From contig NC_133618.1 in NCBI RefSeq assembly GCF_048593235.1, forward strand, positions 59,120,478 to 59,184,477: a stretch of 64,000 nucleotides of DNA, in the 5' to 3' direction. A program made the translations under genes and the position numbers. The notes under the pieces are model-generated. The model worked only from the letters and a program-made list of their open reading frames with translations. It made no database searches and was not told the origin of the DNA. Below, in pieces: positions 1 through 12,618 of this stretch (position 1 is its first letter; every line of letters begins with the position of its first letter). The stretch comes from Sminthopsis crassicaudata. Its lineage: Eukaryota.

Positions 1-1524
1 TCTGATTCCCACAAGGGATCTCAGATTCCAGGTACTCGGTGGATTCTCTTGCCTAAAATCACTGACCCAGAGAACATAATTCAAAGTTAAGTAATTTACC
101 GAAATGGAGTGGAACAACAGCAACTACAAAAGATCTCTACCTACTCATATACCTGGGTGTGAGCTTCCACAAATAGTGTCAGTAGGAGGAGTGGGCCCTT
201 GGATGTCTCAAGTAGAAGGCACACATGTAGGACATATCGTGACCAAGCCAGTTTTCCTGCTGGTACCACAGGTGTTCCTGATGACATTCTTGCAATTTCT
301 TTGGGGGGGTGGTTCTTGAGAGGCTGGGTAGCTCTGGACTTGCTCCTGGGCAGACACACAGTTCCACTACTTTGCTCCAGCTTTAGGTTCAGAAAACATC
401 CAAGCCTTGGTTATTGCTGTGCATTTGGGGAAAGAACCAGAACCTGTCTAGGTTCAGCAACAAACTGGACTCGACCCAGCCAGCCTCAAGCACCATCTAG
501 ACTCTGCTCAACAACCATGTCTCTTTTCATCCTATACTTCAACGAGATATCACAGTAGAGGAAGAGAAATTCCCTTTCCTCCCACCCTGGGGGGGGGGGG
601 TACCATGTAAGGGAAAAGGTGTATTACATCCTCCAGAAGGAGAGAGCCTCTCCCTGGCCAACTCCTCTCTTGCTTGTAAACTCTCCCAGAAGCTGCCCTC
701 CCCTTGCGTCTCTCCCAGGCCCAAAGGTAACAGCTACTCAAAGTTTTTCAACAGAGGAATGCCTGACATGAGCAGATCTGAGCCTTAAAGGAGATTATTT
801 TGGCAGCTATGGAGAAAATAGATTGGTGGCAGGGAGACTGGTTTGTATTGTGTTAGAAAGAGGGTAGGGCAGCTAGATGGAAGTGGATACAGCCTAGTCC
901 TGGAGTCAGGAAGTTGAGTGCAAATCCACTTTCTAGCTGTGTGACCCCGGGCAGCCAAGAAACACCCTGATTGCTTCCAGAAAGACAGAGAGGAAAAAAA
1001 GGAAGGAAGGGAGAGAAGAAGGAAGGGAGGAAGAGATGTTGAAGGTAGATGAAGAAAAGAGAAAAATGCAGAAAATACAGAGGTGAGAATTGGGACCTGC
1101 TTAGATTATGGGGTCATGAACATTTGGTCCAAGGCTTATCTTACTGATTTATCCATGTTAAGGATAGAATCCACTGTCGTTCTTTAGGATTTGACTTTTC
1201 CAATCTTGGGAACCCTGACTGAAGTACTGTGTTGTACTATGGGCTCACCACATTAGGAGAACAGCATAGCTGGTTCTAAGGCAGGGAATGGGCTGACTGA
1301 GCTGCTTGGGAGCAGATACTCTTTGATCTTTCTATATACCTGTCGGTATTGTAGTGCCTGGCATACAGTAGATGCTTAATGTTTATTGGCTGAGTAACCT
1401 GGGTATTCTATGCCTGGCCACTGGACACTGAATTGTTTCCCTGAAAGGTTGAATAAATGTACGGGTCAACCAGTTAGCAAGCATTTCTTGTGTGCTTATG
1501 ATACATCTTAAGTTTTGAAGACAA

Positions 1525-2750
1525 ATAATCAACTAGCATTTATTAAGTGCCTACCTATCACAGCCAAGCAGTCAGCCAAGTTCTAGGGGTACAAAGAAAA
1601 TAAAAAAGCTAACAATCCCTCCTCTCCAGGAGTTCACTGTCTAATGAGAGAGGCAACAATTAAGTAGAAACAAGATATATACAGGGCAAATTGGGGGGTA
1701 GTCTCAAAAGGAAGGCACTAAGATTAAGGAGACTGGGAAGGGCTCCCTGCAGAAAGTAGGATATCATTAGCAAAGACCTGAAGGAAACCAGGGAGCCGAG
1801 GAAGAAGAGATGGTAGAGAGTGTTTCAGGCAGGGGAGACAGCCACTGAAAATACTTGGATAGTGGAGATGGATGTCATATATGAGCAGTAGAAGAGACAG
1901 CAGTGTCACTGGATCAAAGAATATGTAGAGAAGGAATAGGACATAAACTGGAAACTGATAGGTCTGGGAATCAAGGTTTGAAGGGCTTTGACAGCCAAAC
2001 AGAGCATTTTGTATTTGATCCTAGAGTAAAGAACTGCAGTTTCTCAAATGTGTGATCCATAGTTTAGGAAGAAGAGTTTCACAGCTGCCTGAAGGATGGA
2101 CCAGAGGGAGGAGAAAAAAGGCAGGAAAAATAATCAGAAAGCTATAGAAGTAGTCCAGATTGCGGTGATGGGGCCCCACTCTTAGTGGTCAGAGGAGAGG
2201 AGTTATACCAAAGGGAATTTTCAAAAGGGGAACAAAAAGACTTGACCATTGATTGGATATGAAGCATGAGATCTTGAGAAGTTAAGAAGACACCCAGGTT
2301 TCCAGCCTGGGGAATCTGAGAGGCTAGTGGTATCCTCCATAGAAATAGGAAAGTTATTAAGAAAGGATTTTGAAGGAAAGATAATGAGCTCAGTTCTAGG
2401 CTTAATTGAGTTTAAAATATCTTCAGGACATCCAGGTGTAGATATCTTAAGGGCAATTGGAGATATGAGACTGGAAGTCAGAAGAAGGATTGGGACTGGA
2501 CTAATAGATTTGAGAATCATCCACCATTGAGGTCACCATTGAAACTGGTAGCTGATGATTTTACCAAGTGAAACAGTATAGAGAGGGAAGAAAAGGGGTC
2601 TAGCATAGAGTTTGAAGATTCCCCTGTGTTCGGGAATATGGCACGGGCAGTTGGGAGAGGTTAAGACTGCATATATAGAACTGGGATCCTGCAGAGATGA
2701 TCATTAAACTCATGGATGGTGATGAAATTGTCATGTGAGAAGAAGGGTGG
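1525..2750 (-). mobile_element. L2 LINE remnant
   Basis: Antisense L2 3' end (AGCATTTATTAAGTGCCTAC) followed by a purine-rich antisense ORF2-like body. Confidence 0.75.
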
Positions 2751-3639
2751 TAGGGGAGAGAAAAAACAAATTCCTTGCTTCAAGCTGAGAGACTATCCAT
2801 TCTTTCTAGAGTATGAAGCTGTCTGCTGATTTGTGCTAAGACTGCAGTACCGAATATCATCCCAGAGTCCCAGTGAGCAGCAGAGCTGGGATTCCAACTC
2901 AAACCCTCTACTTCTAATTCCAACACTTCACACTGCCACATTACTTTATGCCCTGATTCAACATCTGAAAATATATTGAATCTACTTTCTGCTTCCCTTT
3001 CTACCTAATCTGTGTTTTTTTACTTTCAACCCTGAAATGAGCAGAAACATTTTATTCCAGATCCAACTTTTGTCCACAATATCCAGATTATCTCTTTCTA
3101 CCCAGTAGAAGATAGTAGATGCAATTATCTCTGGGTTCCATCCCTTTGACCTTTAAATCCCAAGGCCCTAAGAACCTTTTATTTTACAAAATAAGAGAAA
3201 ACTAGAGTCAGAGAGGGTAAGCTCACAGAAGGAAGTCAATTTGCTAAAGAGCTACCAGGTAGTCAGGAAGGAAGGAAGCTCTGTCTCCAAATCCAGAGCA
3301 TTTTGCATCAAATGGCAGAAGCAGCATCTATCTGCCATTGGAGAAAGGGTCTGCGTGAAATAGAGGAAGTAAATTGATTATGCCTTTTGTCTTCAACCTT
3401 TAGTTCTGGAAAAAGAATCTAATTTAGCCAAAACATAAGAGATACAGTAGATCATTTGCTCTCCAGACACAAAGAATAGGAATCAGATTAGCTGCTGTGG
3501 TCTTGGACCTTGTCACAGAGTGACCCCTACTGGAGAAAGGTGCAATTACACTGGTGCTGTGCATTACGAGATCTGTTTTCAAGCTTCTTCAGGGAACCCG
3601 ATCCTCCAACTTTTCTTGAAAAATGCATTTTTTGATGTC

Positions 3640-4680
3640 TTTTCTACTGATACCACACTCCTCCTTCCAGACTGAACCTTCCTTTAAAACAAACAAAAAC
3701 ATAAAACCTTGATGGTGATATATGTTAATATTCTGATCCCCCACATCTCTGTGGTGAGAGGAAGCATGTGTCAGTCTTTTTAATGTCTGTTTAATATTTC
3801 TTCTCTGAAATCTTCATCCTTTTTCATTTCTCATTCAACTTCCTTTTAGTGGGCTTTATATTACATATCATACTCCTTCCTCCACACTGAATCTTCCCTT
3901 ATAACAAGCAAAAACATATAAACCTTCTTGGTGGTATATATAATATCCTATCCTAATGATCCCCCACATTTCTGTGGCAAGAAAGGAATCATATTTCAGT
4001 CTTTTAAATTTCTATTCAAAATGAATTTCTGCTTAAAATCTCTTCTCTGAAATATTCATTTTTTCATTTCTCATTCGACTTCCTTTTAGTGATTTTTATA
4101 TTATTCTGTTACTTTGGCTTATCACATCAGTTTATAGTTTTTTTTTTCCAAACATTAGGCCATATTTGTCATTTCTTACTTCACAATAATAATCCATCAC
4201 ACTCATAACTTTTTTCTTCATCATCTAAATAATGGGTGCCCACTTTATTTCCAGTTCTTTGCTACTACAAAGAAAGCTGCTATGAATATTTTGGTATATA
4301 TTGTACCTTTAATCTGCCTTGAATTTCTTTGGAATTTAGACCCAATCTTGGGATTGTTAGTTTGGAGGGCATAGGCAGCTTGGCCACTTTTCCTGCATAA
4401 TTCAGAGATAGTTGAAATCCAGAATAGTCAAATCATTTCACATCTCTTATGGTGTATCACCATATCTCATCTTCCCAAAGCCCTTTTCATCTTTATCCAT
4501 TCTACCATTTTTCTTCTTTATCCATTTGGATGGTGTCAAGTAAAACCTCAGAGTTGTTTTCATATGCAATTATCTTATTATTAGTAATTTTGAACACATT
4601 TCTAGTTTGTAATACTAAAAAAAAACTATATTGCTTAGCCATTTATCTTTTAGGGAATTGATTTTTTTAGAGGGCAAAGC
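3640..4680 (-). mobile_element. Old L1 3' remnant with internal tandem duplication
   Basis: Antisense L1 ORF2-end/3'UTR words (TTTCCAGTTCTTTGCTACTACAAAG..GCTGCTATGAATATTTT). Confidence 0.65.
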
Positions 4681-5324
4681 TTTTCATGTCAATCAAATAT
4701 AGTAGATTAGTTGAGAACAAATGATATTTGCCCCCTCTGAAATTGTTCCAAAAAGAGAATTTTTTTTACTACAATAACCCCAGTGTCAGGAATCTGAATT
4801 AATTTATTTCTTTGAAGACAGACTGTAACATAAATGTGCTTGGGTAAGAACACAGACCTAAAAGAAAAGACCTTGCAGAAAATCTGATGAACACCTTTTC
4901 TCCCTAAGAAAACTAGCAGCAGAGCTCATTAACATTTGACTACAGTTTCTTGCTGCAACTTGAGTGTTCTCTCTATTACATCTAACTGCAACTTTTCCTC
5001 CCCAGCTGGAGCTTATTCCAGAAGACCATAAGGATAGAAGACTATAGGATAAAGGATACTGACCTGAGTGTTAGGAAACCCCAATACTGGTCCTCTCTGT
5101 ACCTCTGTTTCTTCCTTTATAAAATGCAGTGTCAGTAAATAACAGATAATGTGTAAGATCCCTTCCTATTCAAATTTTTTAAAAATTCTCTTTAGTGGAA
5201 TTCTGAGTCTCTTGGGGACAGCAAATGGTACTTACGCATATGATTCTCACAGCTTAGGTTATGTGGTCTGTTTAACAGGTGAAGTAAGGGCAGGTAGATA
5301 TCCAAGTGGATATGAAGACTGTTT

Positions 5325-5530
5325 TTCCCAAGTTCAAATCTGGCCTCAGACAGTAGCTGTGTGATCCTGGGCAAGTCACTTCACCCTGTTTGCCTCAGTT
5401 TTGTCATCTGTAAAATGAGCTGGAGAAGGAAATGGCAAACCACTTTGTCGTAACTTTGCCAAGAAAATCCCTAAGGGATCACAATGAGGTCAAATATTAG
5501 ATACCACTGGAAAATGATTGAACACTAAAT
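5325..5530 (+). mobile_element. MAR1-type marsupial CORE-SINE
   Basis: CORE block plus CTGGAGAAGGAAATGGCAAACCAC...TTTGCCAAGAAAA tail. Confidence 0.8.
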
Positions 5531-5899
5531 TCCTCATTATAAGAAGTGTATTTTTTCCTATTTTGATTCTCTGACTAAGCCATATGAGAAAGAAATCCCT
5601 TATCACAAACCTAACAAATGGCTGTATACCGTCTTCTCAAAGAAAGGGAAATCTACTTCTCCAGGTAGCCCATTTTACTTCTGGATTGCTCTAATTAGTA
5701 GGAAGAACTTTTTTTTTCTGGTTTAGCTTAATTGGTCACAAACTTCCCAATAAATAAATGACCAAATGATGTAAGTGGCTTCTTTGCAACTTGTACTGGT
5801 TCTTTTGCTTTAGTTGTGTCTTTTGGGACCAAACTAAGACCAAGAGAAGATCCCACCCCAAAGCCATATCTTAGGGATCTTGATAACCTACCTGAACTG

Positions 5900-7210
5900 A
5901 TTCAGTAGTGCTTAAAAATGTTTTACTTGGTCATACCCTCTCCATCATCCCATGATCCTGCACCCCTCATCATAAGATGCCCTTCCCCCAGCCCATCTCT
6001 ACTTCTCAATCTCATTCCCATTCTCTTTAACCCTCCTTCCAGTGTCAATCTCAAAAGCTACCCACCCTTCTATAGTGCTCTCTTGAACTCATCCTCCCCA
6101 CAGGTAACAAATTTGCTTTCATCTCACATCTTTTCCTTCCATCCTATTTCATAGTCTGGTCTCCATGGATACCTGCCTCCCTCCTGATAGAGGCTAATCT
6201 CACTGACCACCTTTCCAGCACCAGTCATACTTGTACTCATTCTTCTCTAGCATCAGTCACTGGTGGAGGTAGAGAAGTTGGAATCCTCCTGACTCCCCCC
6301 TGCCACTTCCAGGCTCTCTCCTCTTTTTCTCTCAGTAACTTCTCTTCCTTTCGGATTTGCTCAGTCTATATCCAAGACACTATCAAATTGCTAGTAAGTA
6401 TCATCAGGACCCTTCTTTCTTTCTTCCTTCCAGACTGGAAACCTTCACTCCTTCCAGAATCTCTTACTTTGGAGGATACCACCACCCTCCCAGGCCCCCA
6501 GTCTCACCCCCATATTCCATATGTTGCCAAGACCTGTCGATGTTACCTGCCAGCTGTCTCTCTTGTACCTTCTTCTCGCTGATATCATTATACTTACCCT
6601 AGTGCAGGCCCTTATCAACCCACCTGGACTATTACAGTAGCCTGATGCTGGGTCTGTTGCCTTAAATTTTACTCTTCCCACTACAATTCAGATTCCACTC
6701 AGTTGTCACAATGAGCTTCCTAAAGCACAGATCTGTTTCCCTCCCCTACTGAATGAACTTCAGTAGTTTTCTATCACAGCCAAGACTAAATGTAAACTCC
6801 TCTGGCACTCAGAGCTCTCCATACCCTCCCCCATCATCTTTCCAGTCTTTTAACTCCTTACAACTCTCCACATACTCTGATGACACTGGGTTCCTTGTTG
6901 TTTTTTTGCACAAGACTCTCCATCTCCCAATGACACTGGCTGTCCTCATGCTGGGAATGCTCTCCCTCTTGGTTTCTGCCTCCTGGCTTTCCTGGCTTTT
7001 TTCAGGTCCCAGCTAGAATCCCACCTTCTCCTGGAAGCCTTTTCCAGTTTCCCTCAATGTTACTGGCTTTCCTCTGTCAATTATTTCCAATTTAGCCTGT
7101 ATATAACTTGTTTGGGCATAATTGGTTACATTTGTCTCCATTGTACTGTAAGCTCCTTAAGGACCGGGACTGTTTCTCTCTTTTCTTTATCCTTCCACCA
7201 CTTAGTATGG
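5900..7210 (+). mobile_element. L2 LINE remnant
   Basis: Pyrimidine-rich L2 ORF2 body ending in an L2-type 3' end. Confidence 0.75.
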
Positions 7211-7429
7211 GGCCTAGCACATTTGTTGTTCCCTCTTTTCAGTCCTGACTCTTTGTGACCTGATTTGGGATTTTCTTTTCAAGAATATTATTGTCCTGTC
7301 AACAGAGTAGATAAGTGATATTAATTAACTGACTGTTTAAGGACCAGAAATGTGAGGCAAGTTGCCATGACTGGTAAATTGGGGAGCTAAGACTTGACCC
7401 TAGATCTGGTGACCTGGAGAGACAGATAA

Positions 7430-8190
7430 TAAAATTCAGAATCGCTGGATTCAAAAAACAGTTATTAATCCATTGTCAGTGTGGCAGGAATATCAAAAGA
7501 ACGTGTCCTTATTCCTGGTGGGTCAGCATTTCTAAATGGAACAAGGCCTACACTTAAAACATTTTCAGGTGATAGCAAGTTGGGAGGGATCACAAATATA
7601 CTGGAAAACTGTATCAAGATCCAAAAAGTTCTTGCTAGGCCAGAACATTTCGTCAAATCTATTAAGATAAAATTCAGTAGGGAAAAATAAAAATCTTAAA
7701 GGTACCAAAAAAAAAATCAACTTCTCAAGTCTAAATGGGGCTGGTTATTTGAAATTGTGTGCAGTTCTGGCTACAGCTATTTGCAAAGGACAATGATAAG
7801 CTGGATGGTTTCCAGAAAAAGGAAGGCAAGATGTTGATGTCCATGTCTTAAAAGAATTAACTTGAAAGAATTGAGTGTGTTTAGCCTTGAGAATGGAAGG
7901 CTCAGGGAAGACATGGCAGCTGTCTTCAGAGAAGAAAAGGAATCAGGCTTGTTCTGTCTGGTTCCAGAAAGCAGAGATAGAACAGTACAACAGGTAGAAG
8001 TTGCAAAGAGGCTAGTTGACTATTGATCAGTTGAGGAATTTGGGAATGATTTAGGCCAGACCAGAAAAACAAAGCAGCACTTCCTACCAGTGGGAGCTGT
8101 CAAGAGAAGTGATTTGGGTTGTCTGGGGAAAGAGAGGACCCTTCTTCTTGGAGGTTTTCAGGCAAAGGCTATAAATTTGTTGTAGGGTAC
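7430..8190 (+). mobile_element. CR1/L3 LINE remnant
   Basis: Degenerate RT C-terminus (DSKLGGITNILENCIKIQKVL..KIKFSREK, compare CR1 DDTKLGG...IKIQ..L...KFN.DK). Confidence 0.7.
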
Positions 8191-9291
8191 CCCATTCCTT
8201 TATGGGTCAGCAAGACTGCCTTCTAGTTACCAAATTCTGTTCAATTTGAAAAATCCAATGATCAGATTCCAAGTTCAGTGCTTTCCTTCCTCCTGGGCTT
8301 GATGAAGGTACAAGAGAATCCCAATTAGCACAATTATATTGTTCTGCACGATATAGTGGATGGAAGACTAGCCTTGGTTCATGACCCAACTCTGACCAAA
8401 CTAGCTTTGTGATCATGTGTAAGGTATTAATTAACTTGCCAGTTCCCCAGGCAATTCTCCAATACTCTTCAAGTATAAATAAGTATCCAATCTCTACCAA
8501 GAATGGAAGTTTCCATATTAGGAGTCCTCTATGACTACATCACAGGGCTGAACCCCTCAAAAGAATATTGCTCAGACTAACTTTTCAACTAATTCCTCCC
8601 TGGAAAATCCAAACTGATTCATCCTGAGGGTACATTAGGGATGGGGGGGAGGAGGAGAAGAGGAAGAACCACCACTTAGTAGAAAGGGTTCTTGGAAACA
8701 TAAGAAGCTTCCTAAAACTGACTGGCCTAATCCCCAAAGAGCAAGAGCAGTGTGGTAGAACAGTAACAATAATAATAGTTTATATTTATAAAGCACTTTA
8801 AGGTTTACAAACCACACTCTCGTTTGATCTCAAAGAATGGACTATTTTTATCTCCTTTTGACAGGTAAGAAAACCAAGGCACATTTAAATACTCCTTCAA
8901 GGTCTCACTAATATGAGGTTAAATTCAAACCCAGATTTTCCAATCCCAAATCCGTCATTCCTCCTATACAAGAAGCTCAGCTTGGACTCAGGCAAAACAG
9001 GGCCTCCTCACCTTAGTTTTAACATTAGCATAAAGTTGGCTTGCTTTATAACCCTTAAAGTGCCATAGAAATGTGAACTATCACAATTAAATCCAGTGGT
9101 GGCTGTGCACACACAACCCTTGTGCACAGAAATCTAAACAACTTTTTATTCTTGAACTTCAATTTTCTTTGTAAGATGAGTCCAAGGGGAAAAGATGGAA
9201 TATTTAGATAGCTCCCACTTCCCCTGCTTCTCCTCAGGGAATCCAATCCCACCGGCAAGAAACACCAGCAGGCCAAAAATTGCTAAAAATG

Positions 9292-9297
9292 TTTATT
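9292..9297 (-). terminator. Poly(A) signal AATAAA of C16orf86
   Basis: TTTATT on + strand ~190 nt past the stop codon. Confidence 0.65.
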
Positions 9298-9487
9298 GCC
9301 AGTAAGCTTCAGAAAGCATTCATCCAATAATACCACCAAGTGAAGAAGGGGGGCAGAGGGGTATTTGGGTAGAGAAAGGAGGCCCTTCTGGCCAAAAGTC
9401 CCAGCGAAGTGCCCCGCTTCCTGTAGCCTTTTGTGCACTACTCAGCAGGGGGCATGGGCCTGAGCCAGCCAGGCAGCTGAGGCTCTG

Positions 9488-11759
9488 TCACTTATACTGG
9501 GGGGACAGCGGGGGAACGAGATGTGCTGCACACACGCTCAGCATCTTGTCGATGTCCACCTGGGTCGACTTGTCCACCTCGGCCTTTAGCTGGCTGCTTG
9601 GGGTGAAGCTGAGGATGGGCACGGGCTCTTCAACCCCCTCTTCTGCAAAGGGAGCCAGCACCGAGGGGATCGCTTGAGCTGGGAGAGAAGGAAGGAAAGA
9701 ATATGTGGAGGACTGTCTTGATTTGGCGCTCCCCCCACCCCAGATCCCCGACAGAATCTGATCTGGTCTCTGGGGCCAGAACCATTGTCCGTTCCTTTCC
9801 CAGAAAGGTCATCGAGGTGATGGAGTGCTTAGCCCGGAAGAGACTGGAAGTCCCCGGGGCCAACAGGGGAAGAACGGGAAGGAAGTTTCCCCCAGCTCAA
9901 ACTGCCATGGCTTGACTTTAGAGCAACACTGACCTATTAGGGGGGAGGCCTGTGGTCTCTCCACCCCTGCCTCCTCTGGGCCTCCTGGAGTCGTCTGGTC
10001 TGGGACCAAGCCCAGTTCCACTTCAATCTCGGCTTCTCCATCCCCAGCTTGGTTCAGCTCTGGGTTGCTGTAGTTGATGTACTGATATAAGGGCCTCAGG
10101 CGCTGAGCTTTCCCTGCAAGTGGCCATAGGTTGTACCTCTGAGCGATGGGTGGCGCCCTGGACGGGCCCTGTCCCCCATCTCCTCGGGAATAAAGGGAAA
10201 AGGCCAGGGGTGGGGTGGGGGGGGGTTTGAAGAGAAGCCCCAGAGCTAAGGCACGAGAGGATGGGCCAGGTCCCAGAGCCCCAGAAGCCCCCCCCAATGC
10301 CACTCACGCTCCAGCCCGAGGGTTTCCGCCGGGGTGGGCACCACGGTGGCAGTAGCCAAAGGCGGGGGCACGCCGAGGCTCTTGCGCTTCTTGGCCTTTT
10401 TGTGCTGCTTGGCCGGCGGGGAGGGCTCTCCTTGTGCTCCATCAGATTCTTCCCTTCTCAAGGGCGGCCTTCTCAAATCAGCGTGCTGCAGGAGCAGCTC
10501 AGCCTCCACCCTGGGATGGACACGAGGAGGGAAGGAACAGAGGAACGCTGGATAGGCAGCTCTATCTGGGGCAACTGCCGGGCGAGCAAGTCCCGGCGGC
10601 GCCGCTCCCGCCACGAACCGCGCCCGGATCACCCCGGGGCTGGGAGCTGGGGGCTGGGGGGAGTGATGGCCGCTGGGCCGGGCTCCAGCCGCTGTCCCTG
10701 GAAATCCCTTGAATCCTAGAGGGAATGAGGACACCTGGCCTTCCTCCTCTCCCCCTACCCTCAACGGGCCCAATTTGCCCCTGGATGTAGAATTCTCTGG
10801 CCATATTTGGCCACATTACAGACTACTAACATGTTCCCTTTCTTCTTCCCAAGTAAATGCTCCCGACTCTCCCTTTCTTTTTCCTTACCCCACTGGTCAC
10901 TTCCTTCTCGTCGTCCCTAGTCCTACAGCCCACTCCTAAAGCCTCCGGGGACAACTTCCCCACCCCGGCCCCTTGCAGCCGCTCCCCTTCTCGCCGGACC
11001 CGCCCTCCTCAACCCGGCCGGCGCGGTCCTGCCCAGCGACGCTGGCGAGCCCCCGAGCCGGGGCCAGGCTCCACATTGGGCAGGCAGGCGGCGAAGTTTC
11101 GCTTTTCCCTGCAGCCCAGGGTCAGCAGAGGAGCGGCGGGGCAGCCTCCCTGGCCCTCGCCCCCTCACTTGGCCGGCTTCCTCTTGAGCCCGTGGCTGGC
11201 CCGCAAGGGCGGGACCAGCGGCGGGGGGCGGGGACCCCGCGGCTCCAACTGCTCCTCATCCTTTGCCAGCTCCTCCTCCAGCTCCGGCTCGGGCTCGGGC
11301 TCCGGCTCCGGCTCCGGCTCGGGCTCCAGTCCCGACCCAGCCTGGCGCTCTTCCCCCTGCGGGTCACCGAGGTCTCGGGCCGGGGCGGGTGGCCACCTGC
11401 CCCTTATCCTGTCGCCGGCCCGGGCCGTTACTGGGACTGTGGCAACCCAGTCTTGTCCGCTCTCCTGGGGGCCTCCTCCCTCCCCACATTTGGCTGCTGA
11501 CGGAGGGGCCCCGCTCCCTTCCCCCCCTTACTCTGTAGCGCCTCTACCCCTCTCCGGGCGGTCCCCTGCTGCCGCCTCCCCCACGCTCAGTCTCCCTCCC
11601 GGCCCTCTTACCCCTGCTCTGCCCTTCACGCTGAACTGTCACTCCCCCCCCCACCGCTGTCACCTCAGCGCCCGGGCCCCCGGGGCTCTCGGGAGCCTCT
11701 CCAAGCGGTGCTGACCCCGCCGGGTTCCCCTGTCGCCTCCCCGGCCCTGCCATGGCCAT
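9488..11759 (-). CDS. C16orf86: C16orf86 ortholog (uncharacterised protein, DUF4691-type), ~321 aa, 5 coding exons
   Basis: Exons (minus): 11759-11664, 11464-11169, 10510-10308, 10113-9934, 9678-9488; phases consistent, total 966 nt. Diagnostic peptides KQHKKAKKRKSLG, RKAQRLRPLYQYINYSNPELNQ, KAEVDKSTQVDIDKMLSVCAAHLVPPLSPQYK*. The exon 1/2 junction is the least certain (weak GTGACA donor; alternative phase-1 donor at 11611). Confidence 0.9.
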
Positions 11760-12300
11760 GACCACGGGGAAGAGAGAAAGAGATCCTCTTCCCTCGGAAT
11801 CCCGGGACTCGATCTCCCGTCCTTCGCTCGAGGGTGAGAGAGAAGGGGGGCGGGGGAGGGAGTGTTAGAGCGGGGAATTCTAATCGAAGGTAATCGTGGG
11901 CAAAGGAAGGCCTGCACGTACCCGGGTATTGGGGTTACAGACAATCCGATCGACATTGGGACAGCTGATGAAAAGAGACGGACGAGAACCCGCTCCTCCA
12001 GCCCCACCTTTGGCTTCCGGCTGCCCGGACGGAGAGAGCAGATTCATTCATTCCTCCGACCAGCTGAAGTCTAAACAAGAAACGAGTTCGCCCTTTCACG
12101 TTGGCAACAGCTAGCACCTGTACAATTACCTCATTTTGTCCTCCCAGCCCTGGGAGGAGACCCATCCCTGGTCTGTGGGTGCAGGTAAATGGTTACAGGC
12201 TCACAGACTAGCAAGGGTCGGAGGTCAGGCTTACATTTAGACCTTCCTCACTCTAGGTGGCGGGCTCTACCGGCGCCCACCTAGGCACAGTAGATACTTG
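10300..12300. promoter_or_regulatory. CpG island covering the C16orf86 5' exons and promoter
   Basis: High GC and CpG density by inspection; RFX half-site-like TTGGCAAC at 12101-12108. Confidence 0.7.
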
Positions 12301-12319
12301 GCTAGGTGATGATCTTTAT

Positions 12320-12586
12320 CACTTCCCATAGATTCAATTCTCATGCCTGTGCTGGTGACTCTCAAATCTATTCAATCCAGTCTCTCTGTGGACTTCCAGC
12401 ATCACATCTCCAGCTGCCTCTGGGATATCTGGAACTGGGTGTCTCATGATCATGTGACACTCAACGTGTCACAGACTGAACTCATCACTCACCCCCTTAC
12501 CATGGAGGGTGATGCCATCCTCCCAGGCACCTGGGGCTCACATCCCAGATCCTTGAGTCCTCACCCCCACTCCCCATATGTGTGGG

Positions 12587-12618
<32 letters not shown>

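Noticed and set aside
1-600. GFOD2, expected by synteny beyond C16orf86, and several small ORFs at the window start
   Set aside because: No GFOD2-like peptide in any frame; the ORFs match nothing I recognise. The gene probably lies left of the window.
10857-11714. 285-aa + strand ORF and similar long GC-rich ORFs (56137-56949, 44374-45018, 45893-46591, 29645-30361, 25497-26222)
   Set aside because: Shadow ORFs antisense to or overlapping real exons or CpG islands; low-complexity Pro/Gly/Arg/Ser content, stop-poor because of GC richness.
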